From Zancudomyces culisetae HAW-14-8 (taxonomy: Eukaryota > Fungi > Kickxellomycota), in contig JBNJNM010000006.1 in the NCBI GenBank assembly GCA_052426225.1, positions 1,488,001 to 1,552,000 on the forward strand: a stretch of 64,000 nt of DNA, in the 5' to 3' direction. Below the pieces are notes generated by a model. It saw nothing but the letters and a program-made list of their open reading frames with translations. It did no database searches and was not told where the DNA came from. A program made the translations under genes and the position numbers. Shown piece after piece: positions 1-11,287 of the stretch (positions are counted from its first letter, which is position 1; each line of letters begins with the position of its first letter).

Positions 1-222
1 AGTTGTAAATTAGTTTAAATCGTAGCTACAGTGCTATATTCGCATATTTATTTGCCTGTTCTTGTATTGTTTAATGGGTAACCAATTTATAGCATATTGC
101 AATTTCATAGTGAAAAAATGTTAAGTACCACAGAATACTTACCCACGCGAGCCACCAGTAACCAGCACAACTTTTCCTTTAACGCCAAAAAGATTGTTTA
201 CGTTCATAGCAGAAGCAGCCAT
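1..222 (-). CDS. Second copy of the short-chain dehydrogenase/reductase gene: exon 1 (143-222) plus part of intron 1; the rest lies off the left edge
   Basis: Reverse complement of 39937-40158. ATG at 222 gives MAASAMNVNNLFGVKGKVVLVTGGSRG followed by a GTAAGT donor. Confidence 0.85.
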
Positions 223-380
223 TGTAACTAAGGTTGAGTTTGAATTGGAATAGTTTTTCGATCTAACACGCTATCTATTGCAAGTTATTGAACCTTAAAT
301 AAGAACGAATACAAGATTCAAGAGTGAAGAGTCGGGCAGAGGTTAAGTTTAAATACTTTTATTTTCATGCGTAAACACAA

Positions 381-428
381 AACATGAAATCGGCTCCAGA
401 ACATGAAATTGGCTCCAGAACATGAAAT
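381..428 (+). repeat. 19-bp tandem repeat (x2.5) in the SDR upstream region
   Basis: aacatgaaatYggctccag twice plus aacatgaaat; mirrored in the right arm near 39731-39778. Confidence 0.85.
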
Positions 429-505
429 AATTATTTTTTTCACGAGTATTTCCGAAACAAAAATTAACGAAAAAAAATGCCGATTTTGTATTGTGTGTAT
501 CCATT

Positions 506-842
506 TGTCGCATCCTAAGTTCCGCATGACTCAGAAAATAATCGAAAAGATAAACAAACCAAGGGTTTTCTCAATCAAAAAGAAAAAGACATAGTATATA
601 TAAACCGACAAAGGTCAAAACGAAGGAGGGGGGCGGGGCGATTAATTATTACTTTTTATTTATCCAAGATATATTTTAGTATTAAGTTATTAACAGTTTT
701 AAAAAACAAGAACAGTAGAAAATTCGGAAAAAGTACAAAAAAATCATAAAATAAAGAAAAGATTGAGAAAAGATAAGGATAACTGAACTTGGGAAATTTG
801 ATGAGTCGATACGTAAATTATCTCAAGCATACGTACGCGACA
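506..842 (+). repeat. 5' LTR of element 1
   Basis: TG...CA ends with 6-bp inverted termini; identical by eye to 5168-5504. Confidence 0.97.
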
Positions 843-1949
843 AATTTGGTAGCACCACCTAGTTCAGAAGATCCCGACAGTTCAGATAACTCAGACAGAG
901 TTGACAGATCAGATTATTCAGATAGCTCAGACAGAGTTGACAGATCAGATTATTCAGATAACACAAATAACCAAGATAGGTTCAAAGAAACAAGTTTAAC
1001 AGACAGTTTAAGTAGATTAGATTTAACAGATAAACCAGATAACTTAGAAGAAATAAAAAGATTAAAACCAGACACAAGACAACACACCAAAAGCAATATG
1101 TCCTTCCAAACAAACAGCCAAATAGTATTCACTGAAGAACAGTTTAAAAACCTGTTAGCGACTATTCAAGAATCAAGAGTGGAAAAGAGAACATCACAGG
1201 TAAACCTACCCTATTTCGAGGGTCGTCCTTCAGAGAACATTGAACAGTGGTTATTTCAGTTCAAAATATGGAGACGTAACAGCGGAGAATTGGATGATAA
1301 ACGACTGATAACCACAGCAGCAGGATGCTTAAGAAAAAACGCTCTAGCGTGGTTTCAATCTTGGATAAGTGAGGATAAAGAAGATACTAAATGGAGTAAT
1401 TGGAATAGCTTTGAGACGGCATTAACAATGAGGTTCAAAAACCCACAACGAACTCAAAAACTCAGAGATAGACTGCATTACCTAAGACAAACCGGATCGG
1501 TGATACAATATTCCGAGGAATTTCTCAACCTTAAAACATTGATAGGAGATGTATCAGAAACCGAAGCCTTAGACCGATATATCAGAAATTTAAGGACAAA
1601 AATTAGAGCAGACGTGAGAGCAAAGGAGCCCAAAACGCTAGACGAAGCAATGAGGTTAGCCGAGTTATACGACTCTAACGCACCAGTATGGAATTCCAGC
1701 CCTAGGGGAACATCGTTTACGCAACCCCGCGAAACGTATTTCAAACCAGACCCACCAAGTTGGAAACCGAGACAACAACCAGAGCCAATGGAAGTGGACA
1801 CGATTTCATACCACAGAAAAATACAAGAAAAGCAAGATTGTTTAAAAAAAGGATTATGTTTTCATTGTAAGAAACACGGACACCGAGCACACGAATTCCC
1901 AGAAAGAAAAGAGAATGGAAACCAAAAAAAAGTAACAGGGGACCACTAA
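801..1949 (+). CDS. gag: Gag of element 1 (capsid-like domain plus degenerate zinc knuckle); start may be ATG 801 or ATG 1098
   Basis: Retrotransposon gag features (LRQTGSVIQYSEEF, PEPMEVD) and knuckle CFHCKKHGHRAHEF. Confidence 0.9.
   Translation: MSRYVNYLKHTYATNLVAPPSSEDPDSSDNSDRVDRSDYSDSSDRVDRSDYSDNTNNQDRFKETSLTDSLSRLDLTDKPDNLEEIKRLKPDTRQHTKSNMSFQTNSQIVFTEEQFKNLLATIQESRVEKRTSQVNLPYFEGRPSENIEQWLFQFKIWRRNSGELDDKRLITTAAGCLRKNALAWFQSWISEDKEDTKWSNWNSFETALTMRFKNPQRTQKLRDRLHYLRQTGSVIQYSEEFLNLKTLIGDVSETEALDRYIRNLRTKIRADVRAKEPKTLDEAMRLAELYDSNAPVWNSSPRGTSFTQPRETYFKPDPPSWKPRQQPEPMEVDTISYHRKIQEKQDCLKKGLCFHCKKHGHRAHEFPERKENGNQKKVTGDH
847..856 (+). promoter_or_regulatory. Primer-binding site, probably initiator tRNA-Met
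   Basis: TGGTAGCACC 4 nt after the LTR; resembles the TGGTAGCGCC iMet PBS of yeast Ty elements. Confidence 0.7.
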
Positions 1950-1968
1950 GAGTCAACAGTGGTTCCCC
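1925..1968 (+). promoter_or_regulatory. -1 ribosomal frameshift signal: A AAA AAA slippery heptamer, 6-nt spacer, 10-bp hairpin
   Basis: Pol is in the -1 frame and open from 1925. GGGGACCACT (1938-1947) pairs with AGTGGTTCCC (1958-1967). Confidence 0.75.
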
Positions 1969-4900
1969 GTCAAATTCATTAACCACCAATTATCAAACTA
2001 CGGAACCAAAACCATATATCATAAAAGTAAAAATAAACAATCAAGAAGTAGAAGCTTTAATAGACAGTGGAGCAACCACGGAATTCATTTCGGACAAACT
2101 AATCGAAAGTATGAGAATATCCCCAACCATGATGTCGGAACCATTCTCCGTAAAGCTCGCCAACAATACATTGATCAAGATAGACAAATATTACAATGTT
2201 GACTTTTCTATCAAAAATTTAAATTTTAACACAAACTTTTATTCTATAAATAATTTAAACTATGATTTAATACTAGGTCGAACATGGTTATACAAAACGA
2301 ACCCTAATATAAATTGGGAGAAACACGAGATAACGTTTGATAAGTCAAGCGAAGAAACACGGCTGATTGGTATAAGAAATTTAAACAATTCAAAAACTGA
2401 GAATAGCGAAGTACTCCTAATCGACATAGTAAAAGAAGACCTTAATCCGAAACCGATATTAAATTCTAAAATAAACGACTTACTTCATTTTTATTCAGAT
2501 AATTTTAAAGATGAGATAGATACCTTACCTCCACTGAGGAACAATAACATCACGATAAATGTGAATAATCACGAACCAATTAATAGACATCCATATAAGA
2601 TGTCACCAGAAGAATTGAGAACATTAAAAGAACAATTAGAAAAACTACTGGCTGCGAAGCTTATCAGACCTTCGACAGCAGCTTGGGGTGCCCCAACGTT
2701 ATTCGTTCGTAAACAGGATGGGACGTTAAGATTATGCATCGACTACAGGGCTTTGAATCAAGTCACAACTCGCAATACGGCGCCTATGCCGAGGATCGAA
2801 GAGTGCTTAAATCAATTAGGAAAAGCAAAAATCTTTTCTAAACATGATTTACGTGCGGGATATCACCAACTACGAATAGCCATAGAAGACGAAGATAAAA
2901 CCTCGTTTAATACGCGATACGGAAAATATGCTTTCCGCGTACTACCGTTCGGACTCGCGAATTCTCCTGCAGTTTTTCAACAAGTAATGAATGATATTTT
3001 TAGGGAATATTTGGATAAATTTATATTAGTGTACCTTGACGACATTTTAGTTTATTCATTGACACTACAAGATCACACTGACCACTTGATAATAGTTTTT
3101 AAATTACTAAAAGAAAACAACTTATTTTTAAACAAAGAGAAGTGTGAATTCGCTGTTACCAGCTTAAATTTTTTAGGACATAACGTAGAAGAAGGAGGTA
3201 TCCGACCAAAGGAAGATAAAATCAAAGAAATACAAAACTGGCCCATCCCGACTACAGTCAGACACATAAGACAATTTCATGGCATAACCTCATATTATAG
3301 GAAGTTTATACAAGGTTTTGCAAGACTATCAGCACCGATAACAGATTTATTAAAAAATACACCTAAGAAGAATCAATCGATAAAATGGGGCCCAGTACAG
3401 CAAGCAGCATTCGATAAATTAAAGGCAGCTTTAACAAATAGCCCAGTGTTAAAAAATCCAGTTTTCGATAAACCGTTTACAATAGACACGGACGCTTCGG
3501 ATTCAGCGATTGGCGCCATTCTACAACAAACGGGCAGCGAAGACTTGGAGCTACACCCGGTTTATTTCCTATCAAGAAAACTCTCAGAGACTGAAAAAAG
3601 ATATCCGATACACGAAAAAGAATTATTAGCGATAGTGATTGCACTCAGAGAATTCAGGCATTATATTAATAACGGGATGGAGATCACAGTCAGGACTGAC
3701 CACTCCACACTCCAACACTATTTAAAACAAAAAGAACTCTCCAAAAGACTAGCTCGTTATTTAGAAGAGATTAGCGAATATAATTTAAACATTATATATA
3801 GGCCAGGGAAGAATAACACAGCAGCCGATGCACTTTCGAGGAAACTCGAAGTAAATAACATTGAACAATCGCAAGAACTAAACATAGAGTTGGTTAGGAG
3901 AGCACTACGAGGCGAGAACTTAGATAATATTGAAACTAAACTAAAAGAACAAATTAGTATTTTAAAAAAAAACTTTATTTTAAATGAAGATAATGAATTA
4001 TTCCGAATACTAAATGATGGAACACCAAGTAGATATATAGATGTAAACTTAAGAAGAGATATATTTAGACACTACCATCAGAATTACGGACATCCAGGGA
4101 CATTGTCAACACTGAACTTATTAAGGAGTAAAGCATGGTGGCCAGGGATAGCCAAAGATATAAAAGCATGGACGTCAACCTGTACCGAATGCCAAGTAAT
4201 AAACGCCAATTTCTCGGCTAGGGAAGAGTTGAATCCAATTAAACTACCACTACCATTCGAACGATGGGGTTTAGACTTTATAGGACGACTTCCGAAGAGT
4301 GAACAGGGAAATGAATATATCTTAGTAGCTATAGATTATACTACAGGATGGCCGATAGCAAAGGCTCAAAAAGATTCAACTACCGAAACAGTAATTAATT
4401 TTTTAGAAAAAAATATATTTATTAATTTTGGAATACCAAAAGAAATTCTAACAGATCAAGCAAAAGCGCTAACTAGTCAAAGACTAGAGGAATACTTAAA
4501 AAACAAAGGAATTAAGCACTTACGGACTACAGCTTTTCATCCACAGACAAACGGAAAAGTGGAAAGGTTCAACGGCACACTTAAAAGAACGATCGAGAAG
4601 TATGGTAAAGGAAAAAAAAAACAATGGGATTTACATATAAATAGGACCTTAATGGCAAACAGAGTACAGGTACACTCTAGTACCGGCTATTCACCCTTCT
4701 ATTTAACCTACGGATGTCAACCAAGGTTAGAACCACCAACGGAATCCCCTGAATTGGAAGAGAGAGATAACTTTATCTTAAATATAACCGAAAGAATCGA
4801 TAATCTCGAGCTGTTAAAAATTTCCAGAAACCAGGCAAGGTCGAATGGAGAGAAGGCCGCTCTACGACACAAGTCATACTACGATAAGATTAGAAAGAGG

Positions 4901-5155
4901 AAAACATTCGAATTAGGCGAGATAGTAATATTAAAAAATAACCACAGAAAAGTATTAGAACCAAGAGTTTTCGGGCCTTTTATTATAGTCAAGAAATCAG
5001 ATACAGGTACTTACCGTCTAAACCCAATATTCGGATACAATGTGTCGAAGTGGATACACGGAAATCGCTTAGCGAGATTCAATATTGACGAACACACTAT
5101 TCTAGGTAGCAGTATAAGATTACCACGTAAAATGCGAGGTCGCATTTTTATTTAA
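1925..5155 (+). CDS. pol: Pol of element 1 (protease, RT, RNase H, integrase with GPF motif; no chromodomain), reached by frameshift
   Basis: ALIDSGAT protease motif near 2054, upstream of the ORF-track Met. YLDD RT; DTDAS/EKELLA RNase H; HHCC and DDE integrase (GLDFIG, LTDQA, VERFN). Confidence 0.95.
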   Translation, partial: KKSNRGPLRVNSGSPSNSLTTNYQTTEPKPYIIKVKINNQEVEALIDSGATTEFISDKLIESMRISPTMMSEPFSVKLANNTLIKIDKYYNVDFSIKNLNFNTNFYSINNLNYDLILGRTWLYKTNPNINWEKHEITFDKSSEETRLIGIRNLNNSKTENSEVLLIDIVKEDLNPKPILNSKINDLLHFYSDNFKDEIDTLPPLRNNNITINVNNHEPINRHPYKMSPEELRTLKEQLEKLLAAKLIRPSTAAWGAPTLFVRKQDGTLRLCIDYRALNQVTTRNTAPMPRIEECLNQLGKAKIFSKHDLRAGYHQLRIAIEDEDKTSFNTRYGKYAFRVLPFGLANSPAVFQQVMNDIFREYLDKFILVYLDDILVYSLTLQDHTDHLIIVFKLLKENNLFLNKEKCEFAVTSLNFLGHNVEEGGIRPKEDKIKEIQNWPIPTTVRHIRQFHGITSYYRKFIQGFARLSAPITDLLKNTPKKNQSIKWGPVQQAAFDKLKAALTNSPVLKNPVFDKPFTIDTDASDSAIGAILQQTGSEDLELHPVYFLSRKLSETEKRYPIHEKELLAIVIALREFRHYINNGMEITVRTDHSTLQHYLKQKELSKRLARYLEEISEYNLNIIYRPGKNNTAADALSRKLEVNNIEQSQELNIELVRRALRGENLDNIETKLKEQISILKKNFILNEDNELFRILNDGTPSRYIDVNLRRDIFRHYHQNYGHPGTLSTLNLLRSKAWWPGIAKDIKAWTSTCTECQVINANFSAREELNPIKLPLPFERWGLDFIGRLPKSEQGNEYILVAIDYTTGWPIAKAQKDSTTETVINFLEKNIFINFGIPKEILTDQAKALTSQRLEEYLKNKGIKHLRTTAFHPQTNGKVERFNGTLKRTIEKYGKGKKKQWDLHINRTLMANRVQVHSSTGYSPFYLTYGCQPRLEPPTESPELEERDNFILNITERIDNLELLKISRNQARSNGEKAALRHKSYYDKIRKRKTFELGEIVILKNNHRKVLEPRVFGPFIIVKKSDTGTYRLNPIFGYNVSKWIHGNRLARFNIDEHTILGSSIRLPRKMRGRIFI

Positions 5156-5167
5156 ACCGGGCGGTAA

Positions 5168-5504
5168 TGTCGCATCCTAAGTTCCGCATGACTCAGAAAA
5201 TAATCGAAAAGATAAACAAACCAAGGGTTTTCTCAATCAAAAAGAAAAAGACATAGTATATATAAACCGACAAAGGTCAAAACGAAGGAGGGGGGCGGGG
5301 CGATTAATTATTACTTTTTATTTATCCAAGATATATTTTAGTATTAAGTTATTAACAGTTTTAAAAAACAAGAACAGTAGAAAATTCGGAAAAAGTACAA
5401 AAAAATCATAAAATAAAGAAAAGATTGAGAAAAGATAAGGATAACTGAACTTGGGAAATTTGATGAGTCGATACGTAAATTATCTCAAGCATACGTACGC
5501 GACA
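5168..5504 (+). repeat. 3' LTR of element 1
   Basis: Identical to the 5' LTR; preceded by weak purine tract aaaccgggcggtaa. Confidence 0.97.
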
Positions 5505-7809
5505 CATTCATTTAGTTAGGGGTATGTGGAAGTACAATTCGCTCTTATCAATCTTCTAAATCAATGATGTTTGACACTCCACGTTCACAATTTTGAAGCA
5601 ATATTCATATTTACCTACTAGCACAAGATTACTAAAGGTCAATTTATTCATTGTTCGTGTACTGCTGCTTCATAGATTAAATATGTCAGCTCTTTGCTCA
5701 ATAAATACTCCAACTCAAAGAAAAAACAAACATGTACAAAATACTCATACGTGAATGGTTCTGCAGTGGAGTGTGTTCCAAATACAGAAATATCACTTTA
5801 TTGCCAACTTTTATATTCAATGATTCTTCTCAATTACAGCGACTGTGTTTTTTTCTGACTGCTTGTCAAAAGTATATCAATTAAAGTACATACAAGCCAA
5901 CTAGATAGCTGTACATATTGCTTAGCAGTTGAAAATATCCCACTGGAAGCAATAAATCTGAAAAGTGTTAAGTTCAAACCATACTGAGCTTTTAAGCTTA
6001 TTTCATGGTTTGCACACTATTGAGTATACTCACCAGTATCAAAGCTAGACAAAAAGACGATATACATAGTTCAGCTCAGGCTGGTCTAGTAGCAGGTTAG
6101 TTGAGCAAGTTTCAAAGATATCATATAATGGGTCTTATTTAGTAGCTTAGATGTGTAGCAATAGTCGGATAATTGAATTTGGAAATTTATACTTTTTTTA
6201 TATCATTTTTACATGTCTAATTTAGTAGGTGTAATATAAAAGTAGTATGCGAATAAAGTTGTTAAACTTACTATTCAGTCAGATTTTTTTGGTTTATTGC
6301 AAATTCGCGTGCTAATGAACTAAGGTTAGTTGATAACATGAAATTCAATCCACTTTGCCTGGTTAATGTTGATATGTAATAATACTTTTGGGATAATTTG
6401 CTTGATTTCGATATAAGTTTAGAAAAGGCAAATTTAATGTTATTTGATTCCAAAAAATCTAACTTGTTCACTTTTGATCTTTGTTAACTTTTGTGTACCA
6501 TTTAAAACAACTGAGAGTATTCTACACATTCAAAGTAAAATTTAAACTCTATTAGCGCAAACGTCACAAAGCAGCTTCAGTTTACGCTTTTGTAGTCGAT
6601 TTAACGTGTGGTTTCAAAATTTACATTTTTGTGAAGGTTTTAATAGTGTCTAATCTTGTTCACTTTATTTTAATTTGTTTCCTGTTATAATCATTTAACT
6701 AGTATTCTACAATTTGGTAATTAAAATGTTATAGTTTTTCAGTGGAAAAGAAGATTTGTTTTGGTCAAAGTACCAGATTCATGGGTTTATCGTGTATTTA
6801 GCTTACCTTAAATTATACATTGTATCTGCGTTTAGTCAATTAATGTTTTAATAAATCCAATTAATGCTATTAAGAAACTATAATAGTAGAGGTTTTAAAA
6901 AGAGTTGGGGGTCAGGTTTAAATAAAACTAGTTTCTTCGAGATAAAGCATTAATGTATATACGAATTTCCAGGCCTTCTAAAGAGGTAGAGCTCGATTCT
7001 TAATTTGTAACTGAGATACTTTTCATTGAATACCACAATTTTCCGTTAGTATTATAGTATTAAAAAATGTAGAAAATTATCTGATAACGTTAAAACAATT
7101 AACCTAACTAAAGCTGAGTTGAGGGAAAAGTTGGTATTGAAAAATATTTATATTTAAAATTTCGGAAATAGTAAGAAGTGAATAATTCGAGGAATGAATC
7201 TCTTTTGTGAGAGCGATAAAAAAGATTGATAGTGTATTAAGAGCTTCAGAATTATATTTTATTGGTATCATTGCTACTTTATAAATCCTAAAATGTCATC
7301 AATGTCATGTTATTGATTGTTTAGGCTTAGATATAACCTAACAGGTGTAGTTCAGGAGGGTTAATAGGAATTTTTAAACCAAGAAGCGAAAAGTTATCAG
7401 TTTTGGTATTCTGCACTGTTGATCAAGCAATTACGTGTTTGAAATATTCCGCAACTTACAAAAAACTATAAAGGTGAAATCAACTGAAATCACTCAGATT
7501 TACAAATTTGTAATTGGAAAATTTTTTTTTTATATAAATTATCTATTTGGTAAAAATAAATAATCTTTAAAAAAGAAATAAAGAGAATAAATAATTTCGC
7601 GAAATAAAGAACGATTTCAAATCGAGAATGAAATTTTTTTTATAACCGAAAATTAAAATAGTGTACACAAACAAAAAACAAACAATAAAATAATCACTAG
7701 ATTATTAGATAAATTTGTAGAATAAAATATATACAAACACGAGTAAATTATATCGGGGACAAGAGGAGAATCTAAAAACAACAGTTGGGTAAAAGAAAAA
7801 AAGTTGTAA

Positions 7810-10800
7810 ATGAGTTCCGGGATATACACGAATTTTGATGTGTTTGCGACTAGATTGTCAGATGACAATTTAGGTAAGTTTAGAATAAATGATAAATAAT
7901 CTAGAGATGAGTAAAAACAAAAACTAAAAACTTGAGGGTTGGGAGTGATGGGGGCGGGGGGGGGGCGAGGGAGAGAAAGAGAAAGAGAAATGACCACGGG
8001 AATTAACATGGAAATACAAAATAAAATAGATGTGGAGCTGAAATGCACAATCGCCAACGAGCTTTGTGACTCGCTGGAGATGCTGCAGGCACAGGATGCC
8101 AATAGATTTAACACCGTGTTATGGCCAGTCATTCGGGACATATTACTAAAAGGAACACCGCCGGTATTCCAAAGCGAACTATTTGAGCAGGTAAGGGATA
8201 GAAATAGGAATAAGAATTATAATAATTTAAAAATGGAAAATTTAAAGGAAATGATGAATGGTGAAAAAAATAGAAATTACGAAACAAGATGCTAGAGATT
8301 ATACAGAGAATAACGAATGGAGAGGTAATAAAGCAGCTGCCGACAGATGTAGGCAGTACGTTGCTTACGGTGGTGAGGACAGATAATGAGGAGAATGTAA
8401 CAATAGCACTAAAAACGTTGTATGAGCTGACACGGGTTCATCGAACAACGATGGAGAATTTTGCAAAGTCGTTTCTAGAATTTGCATTGGATATGTATGA
8501 GCATTCAGGTGATATCTTGAGAGAAACAGAGGAAAATAGTGAGGTGATGCAGGTGGGCAGTGCGGCGACGATGCTGACGCCGGGGCCAAATGCGCAGATG
8601 ATGACACCGTCAGCGGCGTCACCAGGAGTAGAGCAGACGGAACAGCAGCGAAAAGTATTACAAAGAGGAAGCAGGTCGTTCAAGGTGATGGCGGAAATAC
8701 CGATAATGATAGTATCAGTGCTGCAAGGGAATCGTAAGCTTGCACCAGAGTTTGTGATGAGGTTGTTGCCACATGTAGTAAATATGTTGGAGCAGGATTT
8801 TAAGGTAGCGGGACAGAGGAATAAGGAGAAAATAAACGACATGTTTAATGCGAAGAACAAGACACTGTCATTTCTGGCGTATTTTGTGCGTAGCTTTGTA
8901 CCACTGTTGGCGGCATACGAGGGGAGAATAGCGGCGGCGTTTATAAATATACTGCGAAAGTGTCCAGCCGAAGCGGTGAATACTAGGAAGGAGCTTTTGG
9001 TGGCGGGAAGACATATAGTGAGCAGTGAGATTAGACGAGCGTTTATTCCACATACAGAGGAGATGTTGGACAATGGGTTGCTGCTTGGAGAGGGGTTGAC
9101 GAGTGTAGAGGTGTTGCGGCCATATGGAATCAGTATGGTGTCGGATTATGTACATCAAGTGAAGGCGAGATTGGATGAGAGGCAGATGGGAGCGGCGGTG
9201 GAGTTTTACTTTAGTACGATAATCAATACGCGATTGAGTGGACATATAAGAGCGCTTAGTGGAAAGATAATGCATAGCATTATAGAGAGTATAGCGAATT
9301 TCAAGGATAAAAGAATAGCAAAGCAGTTACAGCTAAAGATACTGTATGGATACACAACAGCAATTGAACAAGTAGGGCGAAGAGTAAAGTCAGAAAGAGA
9401 GGAGGAAAAAGAAAAGGAAAAGGTACAGGCAGAGAGAATCAAACTGAGTGTAGGGACAGAGGCAGTTGATTGGGAAAAGGATAGTAAAATGATGATAAAG
9501 AGTATACTTCCAGGATGTAGTTCAGTGGTAACAGCGATGGAGTTGTGTGGACATAGAGTGGGAGCAGGAATGGGGGTTGGAGTAGGAGGAGATGAAGAGA
9601 AGGCAGGAGTAGGAGTAGGAGTAGGAGTAGGAGTAGGAGAAGGAGGAATAGGGGTTGGAACGAGTATGGAGATAGCAATGATAAACAAAATAATGATATG
9701 GGGATTAGAAGCGTGGAAAGTGCATTTAAGCAAAAGAGAAAGTAAACAGAAAGAAGAAATAGGAAAAGAGAAAGAGAGGGAGAGAGAGGTAGAGATAGAG
9801 CGATGGGGAGAGTATAGAAGTGGAGTGGACAAGGCGAGTAGCGAGGAGGAGAAAGAGGGTATGGAGATGCTAGTAAAAGTGTTTGTGGGATTGGATGTAC
9901 GAGTGTTCCAGGAGGTAATGGGAAACCAGATCAAGCGGGTGTTTGAAATGGTGGTGGAAGAGCCAAGATTAATGAGATTTTTTGAGATGATATTGGGAAA
10001 TGGAGGAACGTCGGCAGCAATGAGTTCGATATTGCTAGGGTTTTTGGTGGGGAGGATAGAGGAGTTGGGGCGGTTTGGAGAGGCGTCGAATGTGGGATTG
10101 CAGGTGTACGAGATGGTGTTTATGGTGTTGACGCTTTATCCCGAGACAAATGAGGTGGAAATTCAGCCGTATATACAGCGGATTATTAATTATACGATTC
10201 AACAGGCAATGGAGGCGGCCAACCCAGAGTATTATTTTTTGCTTCTCCGGACATTGTTTAAGAGTATAGGCGGCGGGAAGTATGAGAGTTTGTATAAAGA
10301 AGTGGTTCCGAATCTGCAGCAGCTGTTGGAGTTGCTGAATGCGGAGATGCGGAGGGCGCTTCCACATTCAAGATTTCAAGAGTTGATAGTGGAGATTAGT
10401 TTGACAGTTCCGGTACGGCTGAGTGTGTTGTTGCCACATTTGTCGCAGCTGATGCAGCCATTGGTGTTATCGTTGAAATCCGAGACCGAGTTGGTGAATC
10501 AAGGGTTGAGAACGTTTGAGTTGTGTATAGATAATCTTACAAAGGAGTTTTTGGATCCGATAATGCAGCCGTATATGGAAGAGTTGTTGACGAGTTTTTG
10601 GAAGTTATTGGAGCCAAAAACAACAACAGGTCAACAAAAACGAGATGAAGAAAGTCGAATGGGAAGAGCCAAGATAGCAGCACGAATATTGGGGAAATTG
10701 GGAAAACGGAATCGAGGAATGTTGGTGACAGGACAACAGTTGGAGATGCGAAAGGAGAGCGAAACATTTGAGATTGAACTTTGTGGGTTGGAAAAGAAAA

Positions 10801-11251
10801 AGGGCAAAATACAAATTCCGATTACAAAAGTGTTGAGGTATATAGAAGAGAGATTGAAACCTATTGGAGGAGGATTACGATGGGAATTGATGGATAAGAG
10901 ACAAGTGGTTGATAGATACTTTGGGTTTTTACAACAAGTGATTGAACGTAATGATATCAAAGAGAATATTGATAGTACAAAAGTAGAGATGGAGATAGAG
11001 ATGGAGAAAAAGAAGAACAAGAAGAAGAGGTCGGAGGAAAAAGTGGAAAGGGATACTCAACAATTGATGATACGAGTAATGATATTGATATATAAATATA
11101 TTGAAAAAGACGAGGAGAAAAAGGAGTATATTAAGCAAAAAATTAGTAGAAGAAATGGGGGAGAAATGATGTTGGAGGAAATAACAGAAGCAATGGTTAA
11201 TAGTAATGTAGAGATCCGAAAGGTAGGGCAAGAGATGATGAGATGGGCGAT

Positions 11252-11287
<36 letters not shown>

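Larger units (their letters stand above)
506..5504 (+). mobile_element. Full-length Ty3/gypsy LTR retrotransposon (element 1)
   Basis: 337-bp LTRs with TGTCGC...GCGACA termini. 4-bp TSD CATT (502-505, 5505-5508). PBS and gag, then PR-RT-RH-IN order. Confidence 0.98.
1..6142. repeat. Left arm of long inverted repeat (1-505 plus 5509-6142, split by the Ty3/gypsy insertion; continues beyond window start)
   Basis: Position 1 pairs with 40158 and 6142 with 39020. About 1.14 kb align with roughly 7 substitutions seen by eye, mostly transitions. Confidence 0.95.

Noticed and set aside
318-594. Short ORFs 318-527, 403-594 and mirror 39659-39841
   Set aside because: They lie in the duplicated SDR promoter and run across the LTR junction; no protein features.
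381-965. Short tandem repeats (19-bp in the SDR promoter, 39-bp in the gag 5' region) as a CRISPR-like array
   Set aside because: Only 2-2.5 adjacent units, no spacers, eukaryotic context.
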